Below the pieces are notes generated by a model that was not told the origin of the DNA, did no database searches, and saw only the letters and a program-made list of their open reading frames with translations. From positions 65,749-129,748 of the forward strand of contig CALGLP010000006.1 in the NCBI GenBank assembly GCA_937930175.1: a DNA stretch of 64,000 bases, given 5' to 3'. How positions within the stretch are numbered: position 1 is the first letter of the stretch; every line of letters starts with the position of its first letter. This stretch comes from an uncultured bacterium. GTDB taxonomy: Bacteria > Omnitrophota > Gorgyraeia > Zapsychrales > Aceulaceae. The translations under genes and the position numbers were made by a program. Of the stretch, positions 58,207-64,000 are shown piece by piece.

Positions 58207-59815
58207 CTCTTCTCCTGTTGTTAAAAGTAGTCAAAACTTCAGAAATCAGCGATAGAGTTGTTATTATAAGAATTGTAGAAATAATTACAAGTAAAAATTC
58301 CTGATTTCTCCACTGGGAGGGAATCTTGATGAGGAGGGCTGTTAAGGAGGTTGCCAGCATAAAGAGAGCTGGCAATAAGGCATAAAGAAATCCGGTTTTT
58401 GTCTTTTGGAGAAGCCAGCATGCAACGACTATCAGGGCCAAGGCGCCGACAAGCTGATTGGATGCCCCAAAAATAGGCCAGATCTTTTTCCACACAGGAA
58501 GGCCTCTCTTGTCTTGGGCGAGGGCCAGTGATCCTGCGCAGATTATAACAGCGAGGGTTGATAAAAATCTGTTTTTGATGACGAGGATTTCTTGGGTGAT
58601 GTAGCGCGCGATGCGTGTCGCGGAGTCCAGTGTTGTTAAAATAAAGGCATTGAGAATAAGGAGGGCAATCAATGTTCCCCAAGGGCCTAAGAAGACTTGC
58701 GTGACCCGACCAAACCCTTCTCCAAACAAGGCAATGGGGTTTGTATTCATGGCGCGATGAGTTTCAAATTCAGGTAAAGAAAAGCTAGACGCAAAAATAA
58801 CAATCACCAGCGTGGCGAGGAAGCCTTCGACGAGCATTCCCCCGAGCCCGATACGCTTGGCGTCTTGTTCGCGGGCAATTTGCTTAGAGGTTGTTCCTGA
58901 AGAGATGAGCGCATGAAACCCTGAAATAGCCCCACAGGCCACGGTGATAAACATCATGGGCCATAAAAAACCTTGAGAACTGTCAAGGGAGACAAGCGCT
59001 GGAGTCTTGATTGTAGGATGTGTGATGAGCACTCCTATGACGCTCAAGAGAATTCCTATAAAAAGAAGAAAGCTTGAAAGATAATCGCGGGGTTGTAGAA
59101 GATAATGGACAGGGATGACGGATGCCATAAAACAGTAAATTAACAAAGCCATGATCCATGATGCTTGTGCGTTGGCGCCAAGATTAACGGGAAAGGCATT
59201 TCCGAGAGCCACTAATCCTGCCAAGGCGCTTAGGCTCGCGATCGTCACAAGAGTTAGAGGATATTTGAATCGATAGAGTGCTAGTCCAGCAAACAAAGCC
59301 ACCGGGATGAGTGCTAGCGATGGAACAACAATTTTAGGTTCGCTGACAAAGGTGTTAGCCGCGAGATAAGAAAAGACCGCAACGATGAGGATCAGGGTAA
59401 ACCAGATAAAGACAGAAAAAATAAGTTTTGCTTTCTTAGAAATGGAAGAAGCGGCGATGTTCCCTACCGAGTTTCCTTTTTCTTTGATCGAGATCATGAG
59501 AGAGCCATAATCATGGATACCGCCTAAGAGAATGGAGCCTATGACCACCCAAACAAGGGCTGGAGCCCAGCCCCAGATTAGGCACGCCATGATGGGCCCG
59601 ACGACAGGACCGGCTCCAGCAATGGAAGAAAAATGATGGCCAAAAAGAACGAGCCAGTTTTTTGCCGGGACAAAATCGATGCCATCATTTTGCGTGATGG
59701 CAGGTGTTGGGCGTGAGGGATTAAGGCCAAAAAGAGATTCAAGTAATCGTCCATAAAAATGGTACGCAAGGATAAAGATGATCAAGACGCTTAGGACGAT
59801 GGCGATGGCGCTCAT
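58199..59815 (-). CDS. cstA: carbon starvation protein A family transporter
   Basis: Characteristic N-terminus YHFYGRLLESLFGLNPSRPTPA...FGHHFSSIAGAGPVVGP; about 16 TM helices. Confidence 0.85.
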   Translation of the reverse strand: MSAIAIVLSVLIIFILAYHFYGRLLESLFGLNPSRPTPAITQNDGIDFVPAKNWLVLFGHHFSSIAGAGPVVGPIMACLIWGWAPALVWVVIGSILLGGIHDYGSLMISIKEKGNSVGNIAASSISKKAKLIFSVFIWFTLILIVAVFSYLAANTFVSEPKIVVPSLALIPVALFAGLALYRFKYPLTLVTIASLSALAGLVALGNAFPVNLGANAQASWIMALLIYCFMASVIPVHYLLQPRDYLSSFLLFIGILLSVIGVLITHPTIKTPALVSLDSSQGFLWPMMFITVACGAISGFHALISSGTTSKQIAREQDAKRIGLGGMLVEGFLATLVIVIFASSFSLPEFETHRAMNTNPIALFGEGFGRVTQVFLGPWGTLIALLILNAFILTTLDSATRIARYITQEILVIKNRFLSTLAVIICAGSLALAQDKRGLPVWKKIWPIFGASNQLVGALALIVVACWLLQKTKTGFLYALLPALFMLATSLTALLIKIPSQWRNQEFLLVIISTILIITTLSLISEVLTTFNNRRRDG

Positions 59816-61023
59816 GTGGTGGGGAGATTTTCTTTAATAAAATATGTCATTAGCTCTTCCCCGCTGTTGAAGAAGACTTTCGATTCTTCTGCGGTTTTTT
59901 CTGAGAATGTCGAAAATCCTTGGGTTGGGATATGGGTTCCCGCCATGACAAAGCAGACCGCTTCCGAGGTGTGTGTTTGTTTCTTAACCGGTGTGCGGTG
60001 ATCTGGCAAGATCAGAATGCGGCAATCCTTGGTGTTTTCTTGATAGTTGATGATCGTTTCGATCACCTCTTTATCAATTTTTTCAAGGGATTCAATCTTC
60101 ATTTTCAAATCCCCATTGTGGCTTGCTTCATCTGGAGCCTCGATGTGAACAAAAACAAAATCATTTTCTTTTAGTGAATCTAGTGCGTATTGGGCCTTGC
60201 CCTTGTAGTTGGTATCATAATAGCCTGTGACGCCTGGGACACTGATCACGTGAAGACCGGCAAGTTTGCCAATACCGTTGACAAGGTCAACGGCGGAGAT
60301 CACGGAGCCGCTGAGCCCAAATTTTTCTTTAAATAAAGGAAGTTCTGGTTTTTGTCCTTGGCCCCAAAGCCAAATCATTGTTGCGGGATTATTTTGAGAA
60401 TTGATTCTGGACTCGTTCACGGGATGATCTTTAAGGATATTTTTAGACCATGTCATCAAATCAAGGAGAGTTTTTGCCTGGTCGCCTTGAGGAAGAAAGC
60501 TGTGGATGGTCTTCCCTGTGATGTCATGCGGTGGCGTGCATGATATGGCTGCAAGTTTTTTTGTATCGCGGGATTTCATGACCATAAGATGACGATAGCT
60601 TTTGCCAGCAAAAAACTTTATATTGGACCGTTCGTTGTTTTGATTGAGGGTGTCGATGAGCAGAGCCGCTTCTTGCGTTGTGATGTGTCCAGCGCTGTAA
60701 TCAAGCATTTTCTCATCTTGAATGGTTACGAGATTGCAGCGAAAAGCAACTTCATCGGGGGTAAGCGTTATGTTCATATTGGCGGCTTCCAGAGGTGCTC
60801 GGCCGGAAAAGGATTTTCGTGGGTCATAACCCATCGCGGATAAATTACCCACATCGGAGCCAGGAGGAAGCCCCGGAGGGATGGTTTGGACAAATCCAAT
60901 CATGCCTTGTTTTGCAAGGCGATCCATGTTGGGTGTTTTAGCATGCTCTAGGGGTGTCTTGTCGTGAAGCTCAGCGATAGGATAATCGGCCATGCCATCG
61001 GGTACAACGACGATATATTTCAT
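59812..61023 (-). CDS. apgM: cofactor-independent phosphoglycerate mutase, archaeal-type (ApgM family)
   Basis: [15 protein letters not shown]...PGSDVGNLSAMGYDP metalloenzyme-superfamily pattern of aPGAM proteins, about 400 aa. Confidence 0.8.
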   Translation of the reverse strand: MKYIVVVPDGMADYPIAELHDKTPLEHAKTPNMDRLAKQGMIGFVQTIPPGLPPGSDVGNLSAMGYDPRKSFSGRAPLEAANMNITLTPDEVAFRCNLVTIQDEKMLDYSAGHITTQEAALLIDTLNQNNERSNIKFFAGKSYRHLMVMKSRDTKKLAAISCTPPHDITGKTIHSFLPQGDQAKTLLDLMTWSKNILKDHPVNESRINSQNNPATMIWLWGQGQKPELPLFKEKFGLSGSVISAVDLVNGIGKLAGLHVISVPGVTGYYDTNYKGKAQYALDSLKENDFVFVHIEAPDEASHNGDLKMKIESLEKIDKEVIETIINYQENTKDCRILILPDHRTPVKKQTHTSEAVCFVMAGTHIPTQGFSTFSEKTAEESKVFFNSGEELMTYFIKENLPTT

Positions 61024-61673
61024 AATTGCTCCTTGATCGTTTTGATGAGCGTAGAGGCGATTTTTCTTCGTGCATTGGCTTTTGCTAAGACGTAGCCGTG
61101 GGTATCAATAATGGAAGCCTGATAGCCTTTTGGGGTGATGGTGTTTGCTACGACAAGATTGCAGTGGGCATCGTTAATTAATTGCTTAGCTTTTTTATAC
61201 AAACTATTTTTTTTGGGATTGCTTTCAAGTTTAAAGCCAACGAGAAAAGTCTTGGGGCGTATTTTTTTTATTTGGTTGATGAGTTTTGGCGTTGGCGTTA
61301 AGCGCAGCGTAAGATTCTCAAAATGAGATGACATTTTTCTTGTCGATACAGTTTTGAGTTTGTAGTCAGAAACAGCTGCCGCATGGATGACGATATCGTA
61401 AGGTGTTTTCTTTAATTCTTTTTTTAACAAATAAGAAAGTTCGTCAAAGTACTTGAAGGTAGTAATCTTAACCGACGGGCATGGCGTTTGATGCGTGATG
61501 GGTCCTTGAAGAAGAGTCACGCGCGCTTTTTCTTGGGAAAGGTTTTGAGCGATCGTATGGGCAAGCTCTCCAGAGGAAATATTGCTGATGACGCGAACAG
61601 GATCGATGCGAACCCATGTCGGACCGCACGTGATAAGAACCTTTTTATGTTGAAGTGACCCGTTATATCCCAA
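61020..61673 (-). CDS. coaB: phosphopantothenate--cysteine ligase (stand-alone CoaB domain)
   Basis: [33 protein letters not shown]...[11 protein letters not shown]...LVGFKLES matches the DFP/CoaB C-terminal domain pattern (KxLITxGPTxExIDPVRxIxNxSSG...AAAVxDxK...VGFxxET). Confidence 0.8.
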   Translation of the reverse strand: MGYNGSLQHKKVLITCGPTWVRIDPVRVISNISSGELAHTIAQNLSQEKARVTLLQGPITHQTPCPSVKITTFKYFDELSYLLKKELKKTPYDIVIHAAAVSDYKLKTVSTRKMSSHFENLTLRLTPTPKLINQIKKIRPKTFLVGFKLESNPKKNSLYKKAKQLINDAHCNLVVANTITPKGYQASIIDTHGYVLAKANARRKIASTLIKTIKEQL

Positions 61674-62718
61674 TTTCTTTCAGTATGCTCTTGAGATGAG
61701 GGTCAACAACAACAGGCTTGGTAATATTTTGGATGACAAGGTTGGGGTCTTTGAGACCATGCCCTGTCAACGTGCAGACAATGTTACCCCTTTGACCCTG
61801 GAAAAAGTTGTTTTGGTGAAGTTTTAATATACCTGCTACCGAGGCGGCTGATGCTGGTTCAACAAAAACGCCTTCTTTTTGTGCCAAAAGTTTATAAGCG
61901 AGTAAGATTTCATCATCGGTGACTTTATCAATCAGTCCCTTCGATTCATCGCGTGCTGCTTCGGCTGTTTTCCAACTTGCCGGATTACCAATACGAATCG
62001 CTGTGGCAAGTGTTTCTGGTTTTTCAATGATGTGGCCATCGACAATGGGTGCGGATTTGGCAGCTTGAAATCCGAGCATGCGTGGAAGCCCTGTTTTTTT
62101 TACAAGATCGTATTCTTTGTAGCCTTTCCAATAGGCTGTGATATTGCCAGCATTGCCAACAGGAATGGCATGAAAGGTTGGAGCGCTTTGAAGGAAGTCG
62201 CAGATTTCAAAGGCAGCGGTCTTTTGCCCTTCAATGCGAAAAGGATTGAGAGAATTCACAAGCTCGATAGGATACTGGGAGGTGATTTCTTTAACGAGAT
62301 TGAGCGCTTCGTCAAAGTTTCCCCGGATCGCGATCACCTGCGCTTGATGGATCATGGCTTGGGCGAGCTTGCCCAAAGCAATATTGCCATCAGGAATAAG
62401 GACAATGCATTTCATTCCACAGCGTGCTGCATAGGCCGCGGCCGAGGCCGAGGTATTTCCCGTTGAGGCGCACATGACCGCGAGGATCTTTTTTTCCTTG
62501 GCTTTAGAGATCGCCATGGTCATGCCGCGGTCTTTAAAGGAACCTGTAGGGTTGGCCCCTTCAAATTTTAAATAAACATCTAAGCCAATTTCCTGAGTTA
62601 GAAAATGGGCCTTGATTAACGGTGTATTCCCTTCGCACAACGTGATCACAGGGGTTTTGTCTGTGACGGGCAGAAAGGCACGGTAGTGCTCAATGAGGCC
62701 TTCCCATTTTATGATCAT
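61663..62718 (-). CDS. thrC: threonine synthase
   Basis: PLP-lysine motif GSFKDRGM; glycine-rich PLP-binding CASTGNTS; about 350 aa. Confidence 0.9.
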   Translation of the reverse strand: MIIKWEGLIEHYRAFLPVTDKTPVITLCEGNTPLIKAHFLTQEIGLDVYLKFEGANPTGSFKDRGMTMAISKAKEKKILAVMCASTGNTSASAAAYAARCGMKCIVLIPDGNIALGKLAQAMIHQAQVIAIRGNFDEALNLVKEITSQYPIELVNSLNPFRIEGQKTAAFEICDFLQSAPTFHAIPVGNAGNITAYWKGYKEYDLVKKTGLPRMLGFQAAKSAPIVDGHIIEKPETLATAIRIGNPASWKTAEAARDESKGLIDKVTDDEILLAYKLLAQKEGVFVEPASAASVAGILKLHQNNFFQGQRGNIVCTLTGHGLKDPNLVIQNITKPVVVDPHLKSILKEIGI

Positions 62719-64000
62719 AAGGTCTCCATGCGGATCGCGACAGGGTTACTGCGCACAACCGACAGCGCGGTGATCTTTTCAAGGGCTAAACGCAGCTGGG
62801 TTTCCTTGGCGCGATGCGTGAGCATGACAACGGGAACCGCTGCGCGGCGTTTTTGCACTTTTTGATTAACGGAGTCAATGCTAATGCCATGCTTGCCCAA
62901 GATGCCGGTAATCTTTGACAGGACGCCAGGCTTATCAATGGCCATAAAGCGAATATAGAATTGTGTGGAAACATGGCGCATTCGTCCTAGCTTGATCGAT
63001 CGATCTTCAAAGGCAATTTGCGCCATACGAATCCTTGAAACGCGTTCTCCCTTGGTGCAGAGATTAATCAAGTCACTGACAACACCAGAGGCGGCGGTCA
63101 TCTGGCCTGCCCCTTGTCCGTAGAGCAAGATATCGCCGAGAGGGTCGGTTTGAAAGAAAATAGCATTAAAGACCCCATCGACGGAAGCTAAGGGGTGTTC
63201 TTCATCAATCAAGGTTGGATGCACGCGAAGCTCAATTGCACCATCAACAATTTTTGCGATTGCGAGCGGCTTGATCACAAGTCCCAGTTCTTTGGCGTAT
63301 TTGATGTCGTCATGAGAAATTTGGGTAATACCTTCCACGTAAATATCTTCAACAGCAACAGCTTTACCAAAGGCAAGCTTGACCAAGACGCTTAATTTGT
63401 GCGCCGCATCCATGCCATTAATATCAAGAGTGGGATTACGCTCGGCATAGCCATGTTTTTGGGCTTTTTTAAGCGCTTCTGAAAAGGTGCATAAGGTATC
63501 GGACATCTCGCTTAAAATAAAATTGGATGTTCCGTTGATGATCCCATAAAGGCCTGTAAAGCGATTGGCACAAAGTCCTTCGGTGATGGCGCTGATAATG
63601 GGCACTCCAGCTCCGACAGTAGACTCAAAATAGATATTACGTTTTTGGCGGATGGCCATTTTAAAAAGTTCGCTTCCGTATTTGGCAATGACGGCTTTGT
63701 TGGCTGTGACCACATGTTTTTTCTGGGTTAAAGCTTCCAGGATAAATTCTTTAGCAGGATGAAGGCCTCCGATCAACTCGATCACAACACTGATTTCGGG
63801 ATCTTGCAAAATGTCTTGAACGTTGGTTGTGAATAGGTGTTTATCAAGGCTGAGCTTTTGTGCTGCCGCAGGATTTTTGTCGCACACTTTTTTAACGATA
63901 AGGCGGAGATTGTATTTTTTCTCAAAAAGATCTCGATGTTTCTTGATGATTTTGATCACGCCGCCACCGACTGTGCCGCAACCGATGAGACCAATATTTA
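62715..64000 (-). CDS. hom: homoserine dehydrogenase, N-terminus beyond window edge
   Basis: The frame stays open to the window end: [15 protein letters not shown] Rossmann motif at 63960-64000. NAD-binding, catalytic and C-terminal ACT domains are present. Confidence 0.9.
   Translation of the reverse strand, partial: NIGLIGCGTVGGGVIKIIKKHRDLFEKKYNLRLIVKKVCDKNPAAAQKLSLDKHLFTTNVQDILQDPEISVVIELIGGLHPAKEFILEALTQKKHVVTANKAVIAKYGSELFKMAIRQKRNIYFESTVGAGVPIISAITEGLCANRFTGLYGIINGTSNFILSEMSDTLCTFSEALKKAQKHGYAERNPTLDINGMDAAHKLSVLVKLAFGKAVAVEDIYVEGITQISHDDIKYAKELGLVIKPLAIAKIVDGAIELRVHPTLIDEEHPLASVDGVFNAIFFQTDPLGDILLYGQGAGQMTAASGVVSDLINLCTKGERVSRIRMAQIAFEDRSIKLGRMRHVSTQFYIRFMAIDKPGVLSKITGILGKHGISIDSVNQKVQKRRAAVPVVMLTHRAKETQLRLALEKITALSVVRSNPVAIRMETL

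Overview
The first two-thirds of the window (about 1-39.5 kb) is a large + strand cell-surface glycan locus. It carries an acetamidino-sugar module: an SDR, a Gfo/Idh/MocA oxidoreductase, a CMP-sugar synthetase-like gene, and the N-acetyl-sugar amidotransferase plus HisH and HisF homologues. Downstream are a Zn-ribbon C-methyltransferase, a B12-radical-SAM enzyme, about 8 GT2/GT4/GT9 transferases, a Wzx flippase, three Wzy/O-antigen-ligase-family membrane proteins and a PglC-like initiating sugar transferase. There is also a GtrB/Dpm1-like polyprenyl-phosphate sugar synthase next to a 1043-aa polytopic membrane protein, a CapD/PglF-like 4,6-dehydratase and a CDP-paratose-2-epimerase-family enzyme. 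A mosaic island carrying a HipB-HipS-HipT-like tripartite toxin-antitoxin module and a DUF4143 ATPase sits inside this locus. The island is bounded by gene remnants and a short repeat family. A DUF134 DNA-binding protein with a promoter and two palindromic operator sites follows, then a 900-bp non-coding AT-rich stretch with iteron-like repeats and a strong terminator. The last third (41-64 kb) is a tightly packed minus-strand block of conserved genes: hom(partial)-thrC-coaB-apgM-like-cstA-lysC-cimA/leuA-valS-nadC, two membrane/secreted proteins, a three-subunit xanthine-dehydrogenase-family molybdoenzyme with XdhC and MocA maturation genes, cyclophilin, and a PNPOx-like protein. This block also contains a small MazE/AbrB-RelE/ParE-like toxin-antitoxin pair next to a mocA 3' fragment, and a 12-Cys secreted protein joined in frame (no stop codon) to the molybdoenzyme large subunit. 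No rRNA, credible tRNA or CRISPR array was found.
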